This document shows, piece after piece, positions 1 to 13,000 of a stretch of DNA of 34,091 bases. Both the position numbers and the translations under genes were made by a program. The notes beneath the pieces are model-generated. The model worked only from the letters and a program-made list of their open reading frames with translations, searched no databases and was not told the origin of the DNA. The DNA is taken from the NCBI GenBank assembly GCA_030248215.1, contig JASANG010001649.1, positions 558,001 through 592,091 of the forward strand, in the 5' to 3' direction. Source of the stretch: Enoplolaimus lenunculus (taxonomy: Eukaryota). Numbering within the stretch: position 1 is the stretch's first letter; every line of letters starts with the position of its first letter.

Positions 1-1422
1 AAATTCTTCAGACTTCAAGTAAAGCGATGCACCTGAAAATTGTATCTAGACAACGAACAATCATATTTACATACTCATGTTTGTGAAGAAAAAATTCGTT
101 AGAATTTCAACGAAAACAAAGCAATTTCAACATTTAAGCAATATTAGCACAAAATGTTATATAAACAGACTTCATGTGGCATTATACCGTTTGCTGAATA
201 CCATAAAACATCGCAACAAAATGTGTAAAATATATACCAAACTTACGACTTTTAGGCACGCCACGCGGCAACTCAAAAGAAAGCACACATGGTAAAGCTA
301 CGAGAGCAACAAGCAATGCCATTTTACCACTGCACTAACAAAGTTATCAGGCATATATCTTTATAAAGTTAAAAAATATTTTCTGAATTTAAAAAAGTAA
401 ATAGTAAATCAAAGAGCATGTGTTTAATATCTATATACGAGTAACTGTGGAACCACGGACGTTTATGTTACAAAATATTTGCGCACGTACGATGCATATT
501 TGTATTAGAACTATAGCGTTGTGGTATTTATTGTTTTCGAAGAGTTTTTTGCGCAAACGTAGCTGGTTAAGTAAAACCGGTGTAGCGAGTGCAATTGAGA
601 GTTTTACTCATTTGCACTAAATTCAACAGAACAGCGAAATTAATCACACAAGCGGTTGCTTACCAACAACATTGCAAAGGTTTCAGTTTCTGAAGGTATA
701 ACCTCGGCGTTTTGGGTTATCAGCATCGAACCGGGATGTAACAACTACTCGGATTGAAAATTTTTTCGCATATGTATTGAACACCATCCTGAGCATTTCA
801 CACCAAAATTAGAATATTTTGGAAATTGGGCATGCATAGGCTGCCATACTTGTTCCGGAACAAAAAAGACTTCATCACATTTCCACCTATCAATTACTAC
901 TATGCGCTTTAAAACATGACTATTAAATGCAATCTGCAAAGGGGGACTCCCAATTTCAATTTTTTAAACCGTTGCATTGCAATTGAAACTCTCGCTTATT
1001 AGTGATAACGGATTTTATTGAATGCGGACTAATTCACACGTTAAACACGCCATTTCTCCATACTGTAAACCATTGCGGAGTCGCCATATGCGATTGCACC
1101 CTGGCCCTCATATTTCGCTCAAATTTTTTCCTAAGTTTTCGCAAACCATGCTGCTCGTTTAACACTAACACGAATGTAAGTTTATTTTCCATAACCGTAA
1201 CAATACTACATGCATTATATTAATGCACGTATATAAATTCAAAAACGAGGCTGAACTAAAATTCTTGGATTTTACAACTGGGAGCCAAGTCAACGGAACT
1301 ATGTTCTTGTTCCAACCATATTAAACTAAGTGGATACTTAAACACCACACCCACACAGCATACTTTAAGATTCAGCGATTGGCGGTTCTGCTAATAGAAA
1401 TACACCATGATGTTTAAACTTT

Positions 1423-1549
1423 GGCCAATGTAAAGAACAATATCTCTAAGCCTAAGCCTAAGCCAAGCAAAAAATTAGTCTAAAGCTTTTAAGCTTACTC
1501 TTTTCTAGTCCCACAGAAACACGTTCCGCCCCTGATCTTTACATGGGCC
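1423..1549. mobile_element. MITE with GGCC-ended TIRs and internal (GCCTAA)n, PIF/Harbinger-like
   Basis: TIRs GGCCAATGTAAAGA ... TCTTTACATGGGCC (14 bp, 1 mismatch). Related to 14645-14783, 28250-28420 and 29202-29404. Confidence 0.7.
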
Positions 1550-2792
1550 GAAGCTTTCAATTCAATCAGCGTTTAACAAGATCAAAATGCACAACACACA
1601 ATAGAAAAGCTAATCTAATGATCATAAATATTTGACAAACGTACAAAAACACTGAGATTACTATCAATTTTGAACTACAAAAGTGAAAGTTTTACGTGAA
1701 GGTACAAATTAATTACTTTTTGCAAAATTCCAACTTGCGAACCAGAACACTAAACTTTTCACTAAAATCGCAATCAGTCAACACAGAGTTCTGTGTAAAA
1801 CTTTGTCCATAAACCATTTTTGCGTATTGAACGACATCTAAACAATGAATATGATAGCAGCGACAATCCACAATTCAAACCTTTTTATCTTTTTCAAATT
1901 AGACTGGTGCATGTGAAAAAACATTTTGGTGAGAAAGTTGTGGTCAGGGAGGATGCTGTTTAGCATAAAAAACCGCTGCACACAAAACAACAAAATCTGG
2001 AACACAGGCAAACAACTTTCGTTTGCAAATGTTGACATTTTGAAGTGTTTTAATAGATATGAAAATTAATACAAGTTCTGGGCTAGCAGAAAGTAACGCA
2101 TTACTATTATCAAAACGTATTTCGAGGAGACAGTGCCAGGCTTAGCTCTAGGATTAGATTTAGGAATACACCTTGGCCTAGGCCTCTGGACAGTTTCTTA
2201 ATAAACATGAGCCCAGCTACGTACCAATTCCTTCTATTTTACCGCAAAGCTCTAAATTCATTGATAAACAAATTTAAATATGTCCTGGGCCTGAAGTAAC
2301 AGACACCGATGCACAATATGATTACATCTGGAAACCTGATTACATTTACAAACCGATTCAACGTCTTTCTCTGATAAATAACAGCAAAACACAAACATGC
2401 AAAATGCTATATGATGTATTAGTGCACTACACGAATTTATGGTAAGAAAAGCAGTCAATGTTCATCGTGTTTGACCTCAAACTGTGAAATGGGACAAACT
2501 TGGCCCAAGTCTAGATCAGTTGCACACATTTACTGAACCCAAACGAAGACCACGAAGTAGACTACTGAGCAGCCTGGTCAACTCAGTGCCTGCAGCAAAA
2601 CGTAATCATTATACGCGTTTAGCTGTCCAACAGCCGGTGATAAACTCAAGAAGTTAAAATAGGATGCAAAATTGTTACGAACACCTAGTGATGTCTGATG
2701 ATAACCATAAGGCTCTTCCGCTTTACCAAGGATCACCCGGTTACACTCAGGTCCATAAACCAGATTATTATATATAACTTTTCATAACAATA

Positions 2793-5700
2793 TCAGCTTT
2801 CCGAATTATTATTATTATTACTACTACTATTATTATTCTTATTATTACCGGCGTGTCCCGTGTGTTGTTGTTGATCTTGCTCTTGTACCACCAAAAAGTT
2901 GCCTAAATTATCATTCGAATCCTCAGTGCTAGTACTCAAACCATCCGTCAACGTGACTGGAAACCCGTTTATAAGCGTAGCTGAGTTATCCCGTATCGCT
3001 CCTTGCGCAGAAACACCATTGGTAGCGTCAAAACTTGACGCTACTGGCACGTCACCTCCGGACGGGTTCAACGATTGCGATTGTTCTAACCTCAATTGTT
3101 TTTGTGGTATAAAGTCAGTGACTGAAACGTCTCGTTCGTCGCTAGAACGCTTGCATGCACTGATCAAGCGAGACCCGGTCAGAATAGTTTGCACAATTTC
3201 GTTTTGAAAATTTGTCTCATCAACAACCACATTCACACTGACAGATCCTACAAAATCCGGCTGTTTGTTAGACGACCGGCCAGTGTTTGAGACCGTTTCA
3301 GAACCTCCACGGTCAGAGCAATCTATGTTGCCCATCTCTCGATCTATTTCTGAAGCCGATGCAGCTGAGCCGTTATCAGTTAGTACAGATGAAACCGCGT
3401 TTTCGCATTCAGAACTCAATGAGTTGTTCAACCTGGCATCGAGAGTAAGTTTGTTCGTTTGACACACCGACGATAGCTTGCTGTTGGTCCTATGTGCAAT
3501 AGATGTGTTAGGTTTCATATGTACCGGCGCTGCAGGCACCGGCGAAGACGGTGGCTGCGGTTCACTTTCGTTCTGTAAACCACTTGATACCCCGTGTGAG
3601 CTGGTGCTCATCCCATAAGGTGGCTGCGGCACCCACGAAGATTCAGCACTAGAGTCACTGTTATTTGGATTGCCGGAGCACAGAGACGTGCGTTGCGCCG
3701 CAGTTGAACTACCAACAATCACTGAGTCGTTTGCACGCATCTGTCGACTACAATTAGCGTCCCACTCCATTATGGGGTCGTACGGGTCGGCTGTAAAAGC
3801 CGTCGAGGGTGCAGAATTGGTGTCAAAGATGCTGCTAACTTCACCGGGTTCTTTGTCAACACAGCCAAGTGATCCAGTTGTAGATGTAGTTGCAACTGAA
3901 GAAATTTCCACCACACTCGGCAAAGGTGCATCTGGAGGATTACTATCATCGTAATTGTTGTTATTCAAATATGGGATGTGCGTGCAAATTGCGGCCAGTG
4001 CGGATGTCGTTGGAAAGCTTCCATTTCCAGTGCTCACTGCCTGTCGCAGTGCCACAGCGCCACTGTTTGGAATTTCGCTGTTTTTTGTATTACTAGTGCC
4101 TGGATCAAACGGTATAACTTGCAGCGAGTCACAAGTAGTAAAAGTCCGCTCGTTAAGTTGCGGCGGTCTTGTTAAATCGTTCCCTGAGGCATTGCTTTCA
4201 ACTCGCTCACTGGCCGGAGCGCTTCGTTGTCCTCCACGATCATTTGTGTCGCAAAGTTCTTTATTGTCTCGACGACAAGAAACACCGCTGCCACCAGAAA
4301 AACAGCTTGCCAATCTTGCCGGTGTGGGTGAAGGATCGACAAGAGACGCCTCGTCCGCTTCTACTGGCCCGAAACATTCTTCAAGAATGTTGCAGCGAGA
4401 ACTTGCCAGCTCGACGTTACGAGCAGTAGCCACAGTCTGTTGCTGCTGCTGTTGTTTCAGTCGACGCTGAGGTCTACCAACAGTATCTTGCCCGATATTA
4501 TTTAGCGGGGGTGGCGACGGATCGCGTAAAAACGGTAAAGGAAACACTACTTGCTCTCCACTCTGCTGCGAATTGTGTTCGGGTTGTTGTTGCCTCGATT
4601 TATTCAACGAACGTGCTGAGAATGAAGATGAAGTTGTCGTTGGTACAGATTTTTCGGCGTTTGAAGGCAGTAAGCTAACAACAGAACCCGTAACTTCCGA
4701 CGTATAGTTGCCACTTGTTGTTGGTGGGTGGTTATAATGCTGAGGTGAGTCAGGTGGAGCTTCTACAACTACCAAATCTGAATCCTGATAGTCCTTCGCT
4801 GGGTTAAAAACGAGAGCCCGCTCTTGTGCCAGCGGTTCGAGATTGTTTCCAGATCTATGAGAAACGTCACACGGCGGCGCTGTATCATCGTTGCCAGCTT
4901 GAATCCCGGTGGGAGTTGTTATATCGTCGTCAATCGTAGGTATTTCTTCTTGGCACCCAGTCACCGAACTTGCCGTGGATGAAACCGCCACGCAATCGAT
5001 TATAGATTCACTGAAAACAGATGGTTCGCAAACGACTTCAGCGTCGTTAGTAGTAGAAATTTGGCCCGAAATATAGCATTCAACAAAAGGCGAAGCGTCG
5101 CTGCTACTGTGCATTTGCTGGTCACAGTCGGCGCTTTTTTGCCGATCCAAAGCTGGATACCACAAGTTATCCGAAGGCGAGCTATCTCTGACCGCCGCAA
5201 CGTGAACCATGCTTTGGCCAAATGAACGATCTTTAGTGGTTCCATCAGACGGCTCAGGATCAAAATCAACGTCAGCATCAAGAATATTGCAAGACAAATC
5301 ATGGGCACGAACAGTTGTCGTGGTAATGTTTGATGTTGGAGCAGTCGGTACTGTTGGTGGAACAGCTTGAGGTAAAGTTGGCACAAATGATACCGCTACA
5401 CCCGGTTGAATGTTTGGGTTGCTAATAGATACGTTATTTGAACAGCTTGTTCCGTTATTACTTTCGCTATCGGCTGAATTTGGATGAGGGTCTAACGGAT
5501 AATCGAGTAATAACGTTTCAACGTGCCCAGGATGCAATGTCTGAAACTCGGCCGCATCCGAAGAGTTATCCGCCGAAAACGTGACCAGTTCATTTTGAGA
5601 TCCGCTAGCGCCAGCTACGGCGGCGGCAGCAGCGCCGCTCGCATCTTTGTTGAACTCAGCTGAAATGTCGGGCAAAATGTGAGATGTCGAGTTATTATTA

Positions 5701-7056
5701 TTATTATTACCGATGCGATTGTTCGTTGCACTATCAGATTGTTGTTTAACTTCACCAAAGTCATGCTCACGCTCTGAATTAATCGCACCGCCAGGAGTAT
5801 TGGGCGTAACTTCACACTGCTCTACATCGCCCGGGTCGGCGGATTGTACCTGATGCGAATAGGCGTACGAGCTTTCGTCTTGCACATCAACCATCTTGTT
5901 ATCGACAAAATCACCACAGCCGGTTTCAATACTGTCTGATTGTGCCGGAATCTCGCTACAATCGAGTTCACCAGCTTCGCCAGTAAGTCCACCAAACAAA
6001 TCAGAGATCGGTGGCTGATCATCGAAGTATTCGTCTGTCGTTTTTTGATCAACTTGTCCAAGTGTTGCCGATGAAAATGCTAGATCAGGTTGTACGACGA
6101 CTGCCTGCCGCCCGTCCACTACGGTATTCAAACCGCCATTGCGCCGGTGCTTAACTAAGCCGTCAGCATCACAAGAGTCAATATCCGCGAAGTTACACTC
6201 GCGTCTAACGGAGGTGAAAGCACTGGCGCTAGACAAAAAACCTTTCGGATGATCTTCGGTGCTTGATACCCTTCGTATTTCAACTGATGATGTCCCGGTG
6301 TCAATCAAATCATCCAACGGTGGTGCCCTATTCCCGCTGATACGACCCAAGCCAGATGAAAACGGTAATTGTGGATGTTGCTCTGATGCCAATCCAACGT
6401 GATTATCATTAAACTGACTACGGATAGGTGAAGCTGGCTGCACAGAGATGTTATCGTACGCACTGACATCATCTTCGTTTGCTTCAGCTGCCAGATTTGA
6501 TGATTGTACGTCTACCGATTGCAGCAAAGGCGGCGGGAAACCAACTCGTCGTACGTCGCGGTGATTGGTATCGTCATGTAAAGCCGTATCAAAACAATCG
6601 ACCTGTCCTTGTAGATGTACAAAATCTCGATCTGCTGACACTGCAGAGTCACTGGAGTTAAACGGTAATTGTGGATGCCCATAATCGGTCTCCTTGTCAT
6701 ATTCTTGGTTTGACGACGTATTTTCACCAAGCAAACGCCCAGCTTCAGAATACCCAGAGCTGACAATAACTTCAGTAGAATTTGCCGATCCACGATTCGC
6801 GTCTGTATTACCTGAGACACTTGGAAATTGATAAATACCGGAGGCATAACTTTGAACATGTTGTTGCGAGTGTCCCTGCTGCTGGCACATTTGTGATTTG
6901 ATTTGATGTTGTTGTTGTTGTTGCATCTGATTGTCACTCAAAGCTGGCGATGTCGGTAAATCTTCTATCATCGAAGATAAAAATTCCTCCGGACCACTGA
7001 ATGCAGACAACGGAAGTTCGCGATGAAGCTGATCAAAATATCGACTCAAGTAGCAC
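2793..7056 (-). CDS. MIER1: MIER-like gene, terminal coding exon (4264 nt; low-complexity S/N/Q/D-rich tail)
   Basis: Acceptor ttcag at 7061-7057, phase 2, giving ...HPLNA-CYLSRYFDQ (compare MIER1 HPGVTDYMDRLLDE). Continuous with the 1418-aa ORF, whose TTG 'start' is an internal codon. Stop at 2793-2795. Confidence 0.88.
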
Positions 7057-10000
7057 CTGAATAATGTAAACGCGATGTATCGAAATATAAAAGGTAACTG
7101 GCCTCTCCCTATTCCTACTTTTGTGGTGTGGAGCTGTCTCCAGGTTGAACCTAGAGGAATACCTGGGGCATTTGAAGACTGTGTAGCCTATTTCTACAGC
7201 TCAATCTCAATGTAAAAGTAGTTTCGAGTAGCTGTGTATGTAGTGTTTTACTCTTCTAAAGCAACAACAATGGTTTCTGCTGTTAAAACGAACAAATCTG
7301 CTACAAATGCCAATTTAGTGCTAATCACCCCAAAATTAGGTTTTACTGAGTTTAATCTAAGTTATACTTTCAGTCACTTAGATCATGACTTAAAATTGCC
7401 GAACCCGAAAACCTAACTTACGCATTGAGAGGATGAGGAACGTAGCGTCTGCTTTCCGCGTGATAGCGATGCAACCATGCTTGACGTGCCGGTGACTTTT
7501 TCCACAGGTAATAGAAAAACACCAACTCGTTGACCGGTTTATCAGGCAACTAAAATAGCAAAAGTGTCAAACTCAAAATTTAATAACCTTTTTAGGCGGC
7601 CACAACTAAATAGTTGTGCTTTGTTCCCCGACGCGTTCAAGTACTACACAAATAGTGCAACTGAAGAGGTTTCAAAATACTTCCAAACGCTTCTCAAAAG
7701 CAATAGGAAATAGACGCTAATGATCTCTTGCTAAGCTCAAAAGATATGAGCTCGTGCAACGTCAGTCGAGCCAACAGTACATACTACTGCTATTTAAATG
7801 GGCACACCCTGCGTATGTACTAAAAATAACTAAATAACACATTATAGGGCTGTATTTCGTTGGTTCACAACCTACACAATGCTTTTTAATCAAGTAGAAC
7901 TTTTTGCCATATTTCATCAAACCGTCTTCGAATGCATCGCGCTCGTTTTGAGACCACTTGTTAATCGGTAAATCTGAAATACTTGAAAGCTGCGCATGTA
8001 TATTTAAAAATGGTGCGAAAATTTCTTAAGTTGTGCGAAAAATCATTTTAATGTGCTAAAACATTATTTGGACTGAGCGCCGATTGTCATACAAAACACA
8101 AACCCTGTTTATAACATATTACAACATTTCTGTAATTTCAACGAAGATCCTCCTTGATTCTTTCAGCAGTAAAAGCACAAATCAAATTGTATATCATAAG
8201 ATTACATTTGACAGTAGTAATCAGCAAAAAATGGATAGTTCACATAATAATATTACAATAAATCATATGGAATGATGTTTGATTGAGTGAACACATTTGT
8301 ATAAATCAGGTTTTGGACGACTTCTAGGTTTTCAATAATTTTGTTTTGTATAAGCCAGCAATGTCTGTGTGTTTCATGATTTGGATAGAAATGAGGCATG
8401 AGAACGCCAAATGTAGTTTTAAATATAACTAACCTTTCTTTGCTTGTAAAATACTGGGAGATTGTGTGACTGTTTTCAAGGCTGACTGATAGTCAAAACC
8501 ACTGCGAGTTAACACTTGTAATGCCTAAAATTCAAAAGCAACAAGTTGCTGAAATGCATCCACATTCGGATGTTTATTTTTAAATGTTGCAACCCTAAAT
8601 TTTCACAGGGGAAATGACTGCATATAAAGAATTTTCTGATTCAATCTTGCCCAATCTCTTGCATGAAACATGGGTTCAACGACCTTAACATTCATTTTTA
8701 AGACTGAAAAATGTTCAATCGGGGAGTAAATATCGATTAAGAGGCTTCACCAGGGACAAATCGCGTTTGATGTTTGTACCAAGTGTGGAAGTCCCCCATC
8801 TCCGTAGCGAACATACATTATTATATCTGTAATTTTAAATTGGTTACCGCTGTAATAAATAAGGTTTTTTAAAAATATACTATGCACCTTACAGCTAAAA
8901 ACTACCATTTCTCAATAGACATCAGCGTCCGGTAAACTTCGACATAATAAACACTAAACAAAAATTCTTACCTTTTCGTTGTCTGGAATTACATCAGTGT
9001 TAAACTTTGACATAAGATTGGGTGATTCCTTGGATACCTCGGCTGTAGCATTATCCCGCAAAGCACTATTTCCATTTTTGCTACAACTGGTAGTTACTTG
9101 GCCGTGGTTGTCGTGACTTTGACTCGCAGCTGTAGAGCTAGTATCACTAGATTTAGCGCCGTCTGCGACTGCAGGGCGTTCATTTTCATCTTTGAGCAAC
9201 TGATCAATCGCTTTTAAATAATCTTCGACTAAAAATTCAAAGAAAGATCTTTCAACATATATATATAATATATAAATATATATGTATATATGTATATATT
9301 TGTATATATCTATATATATATAAATTGAGCGAAAGTTGCTGAAATTATTGTTAATACAGGTCAAGAAACAGATTCCAGCAGGAATTCCTACCAACTGATA
9401 CAACGTACGATTTAATTATATACAATATCAGACTACAACTATTTCTAGGTAGAACTACATACTTAGCCACTCCCAAGATCAGTGCTAAATATTGATTAAA
9501 AAAATTTTCCAAAAACTAATGATTTATGAGCAACTAAATATGTGCAAAAAGTATACAAGTAATACATATACACAATTCCAAGCTAGTCTTTAACATTCTT
9601 ATATGTATATATGTGCAGAGTAAAATACCCACAAGACGGGAAAGCCACCTCAGCTTAGAGATAAACGACTTGCAACCATGAGACTGGGGTTCGAGTCCTA
9701 TTTTGAAATCAAATGAAATTCAAAATATTCATGTGAGAATGAGATAATAGTTTTTATTTTCTAATGCAAAGTTTAGTGAAAACATCCGCAAAAATAAATG
9801 TGGAATCGTATGCAGATCTAATATCCGCATTTAAATTTCACGGATGCGAACATCCGCAACCTCCCTAATTAAAACAAGCAAATTAATCTCACTATATTCT
9901 TACTTTTCTTCGTTTGCTCTTCGTCATCATACGGAGGCTTCCACACTGGAATCATTCTGTCCACATTACATTGATCGGAAGATTTTGTGTTAGATTCGTC

Positions 10001-13000
10001 TGTAGATACAAAACATACAAAAAGCTTGGATGATAACCGGCAATGTTGCGCACAATAAATAAAATAGTGAGACAGAAAATATAACACAGAAACGAGTATA
10101 ACATTTTCGACATCGCAACAAATTTTCCGCACAGGGGTTAATGAGTTTTAAACGCATGCGTATTACAGCACATATAATTTGGTGTCCTTGTACAATTTAA
10201 AAAACATAGTCTTAAACTGTAGAGCTATATAGTACAATGAAATCTTACCGGTCATATGACGTCCATTATCCCCAATTTCAACGACATCTGGGATGTTCGC
10301 CTGATACTGAGGTCCAATTTTTATTGACTGTAAACCAACAAAAAATAAGCATATGACCAACTTAACATCAGTAGGTGCACTTGTAAATGTTTCACAGTAA
10401 CACATGATCTATGGGATAAAACTATATTCGCCTTAATGTTTTGTACTATCCACTTTCATACCTGAAAAAAACAGTTTTCCTTCTTCGACTCCAATTCTGT
10501 CATATATTTCGTAATTCAGCGACATCGGGCTACAACAACTTGACCGGCTGTTCTTTGTAATAATAGGCCACGACAGCCACTGCGTAACAGTATGTACTTA
10601 AAATCAAATTTTGTTTCGTATGTCGGTGAAAGTACCCGGTAATAACCAGACCGGAGTACCCGGACGCAACTCTGCGTACAACACACTTACCGGTGGTTCC
10701 TTGTAAAAATGGGCCACGATAGCTGCTGCGTACGCATCAGAGACGTCCACATCGGCAGCTACCGGCGGTTCATAGTCTTCATCATCATCATCATCATCTT
10801 CATCTAAATATTCTTCGCTACAATACATTCCATCATATCCAAAACTTTCCTCGGCGTTCGAGCCACTCTCCCCTGACAAACGATCCTCTTTCCCGACATC
10901 CCCACTACGTTGCCTTTCGCTTTGTATGTCCAATTGCGTCCGGCTTGAACATTCACCTTCCTCAACTTCGTTATCGCATGTTTCCATTTCATTCCAGCAT
11001 GGCTCACCTACATCTTTGCTTGCGTCTCTGTCGACAGCTGCCACCCAAGCTTTTGCCTCGATCTTATTCTCTGCCGATTTTGATGCCACATCAGTTCCGG
11101 CAAGTGTAACAACGCTCTTAGAGCAATCCGGCAGCACCTGATGACTATTTGAATTTAGAAAACCACGCGAGTATACTGTATCGCGTAACTGTTCTGAATT
11201 ATGCTTGCGTGATTTTAAAATTTCACGGTTGTCCTGAACCCTAGTGTAACCGCTTTCGGATACATCATTGCCTATTTCATACGACTTAGTTTCAGGCACA
11301 TGTAAACACGAAGCTGTCTGTGATATCGGATTGCTGGCACTAACAATGCTATCGGTTGACGGAAGCGCTGTTGCTTCGCAGTATGACATACCAGCAATAG
11401 CGGACGTGCTTTGACTATTTGTTGAGTCTTCCTCTTCCTCGGGAACTGCCGGTTGAGAGTAAGATGATGAAACGCGATCCGATTCTACAAATAGATTGTA
11501 GAACATACACTCGAAGCTATACACAATAAAAACGGATCAATTTAGCATTACAATGCAGGGTTATTGGTCGTAAAAAATACGGGAAAAATAGGAAAATATG
11601 AAACACTTCTTAAATATAATTTGCAAATAAATATGATATAAAATAACGTTTTTAGATGACATGTAATTAATTTACATGCAACATATTAACAGTGACCGTG
11701 ATATGTCCGAAAAATTGGAGCATATAAATATATAAATGGATTTCTGAATAACCCAAAAGTGTCTTGGGATTTATATACTATATACTTACAAAAAATTTAT
11801 GTGACTTGTTTAGCTCGCTCCACCCATGAGTTTCTGATGTTCTGATGACCTCCCCGATTATTCAACACCAAACTTAAATTTTTATAAAATTTCGAATTAT
11901 GAAGTTTCAAATTCCCTTATTGGACCCAAAAATTTTGTCCATATATTAGACAAATTATATACCATTTGCTCGAGGCTGCGGAGCTAAGACGAATATTGTT
12001 AAATATTCCCCAATCAGAGGTCTGGCTAACGAGTTATTGTCAAATAACTAAATTTGGCGCAGAACCATGACCGCTGGCAGCGCAAGAAATCTGTTATTTG
12101 ACAACAACTCGTTAAACAGACATCTGATTGCAGAAAGTTTAACACCACTCGACAGAGCTCTGCAAACTGCAGCAAATGATACATAATTTGTCCAAATTTT
12201 CGAGACAAAAATTTTTATGTCCCAAGGGGCTAATCTTGTGTCCTTAAAAATCGAATTTTTCAAAAATTCAGATTTGGGCATGGAATGATCAGGGGATGTC
12301 GGCAGAAGCTCGATTAGGCAAAAAATTTCAAAATCCAAGCATTTTGGGCACACGCTGGCTAAAGGTGGGATAACCGATCACTCAGACGAAGAATGAATTT
12401 TCCATTTTTTTCCGAAAAAATTTTAAAAATTTTTTGGTCATAATTTGTTTCCGGAAAAAATAATCCTGTTACAATGAGTTGTTAAACGAGTGCACTCCAT
12501 ATATTTTGGTTTCGCTATTAAAAGCATTGCAACCGCTCTTACTTGAAACATCGTCATCATCACTTTCGGTGCTGGATGGAGGATATGGAGGAAGTACTGG
12601 TGTTTGAGGTGGTCCATACATGCTCAGCAACTTTTCCATGCTCCAGTTTGCCATCTAGAACAAATAGTTAATATTAAATTTTAAGCCATAATGATAGCTA
12701 AAGCCTTGGCAGAAAACCATATGCTAAAAATAAACAAGAAACCAACACGGGAATTTTTAGTAAATAGAGTATATACAAAATACCTTTGACATACTAGAAA
12801 AGCAAAATAACAATTTCAATCGTATTTTTGTAATTTAAGTTCCTTTCAATAATTATGCAGAGTTCAACTGAAAAATATTCAACTAAAAACTAGATTTCAG
12901 TAAGACACAATAGTTTCAATTGCTGTAACAACACTATGCATTAGGAAGCTCTACAAAACAAACTAACATTAGCTAAGTCATCAATTTCCTGTTGCCTTGT

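Noticed and set aside
1447..1467. Telomere or chromosome-fusion remnant
   Set aside because: Only a few GCCTAA units, enclosed by MITE TIRs.
2899..6937. Short ORFs antisense to or out of frame with the large exon
   Set aside because: Shadow ORFs with no recognisable motifs.
2793..7049. 1418-aa ORF as a stand-alone gene
   Set aside because: It starts at TTG just after an in-phase splice acceptor; it is the last exon of the MIER gene.
9780..9868. ATCCGCA-repeat fragment ending CTCCCTA (hAT-like end)
   Set aside because: Only one end visible and no TSD; too fragmentary to call.
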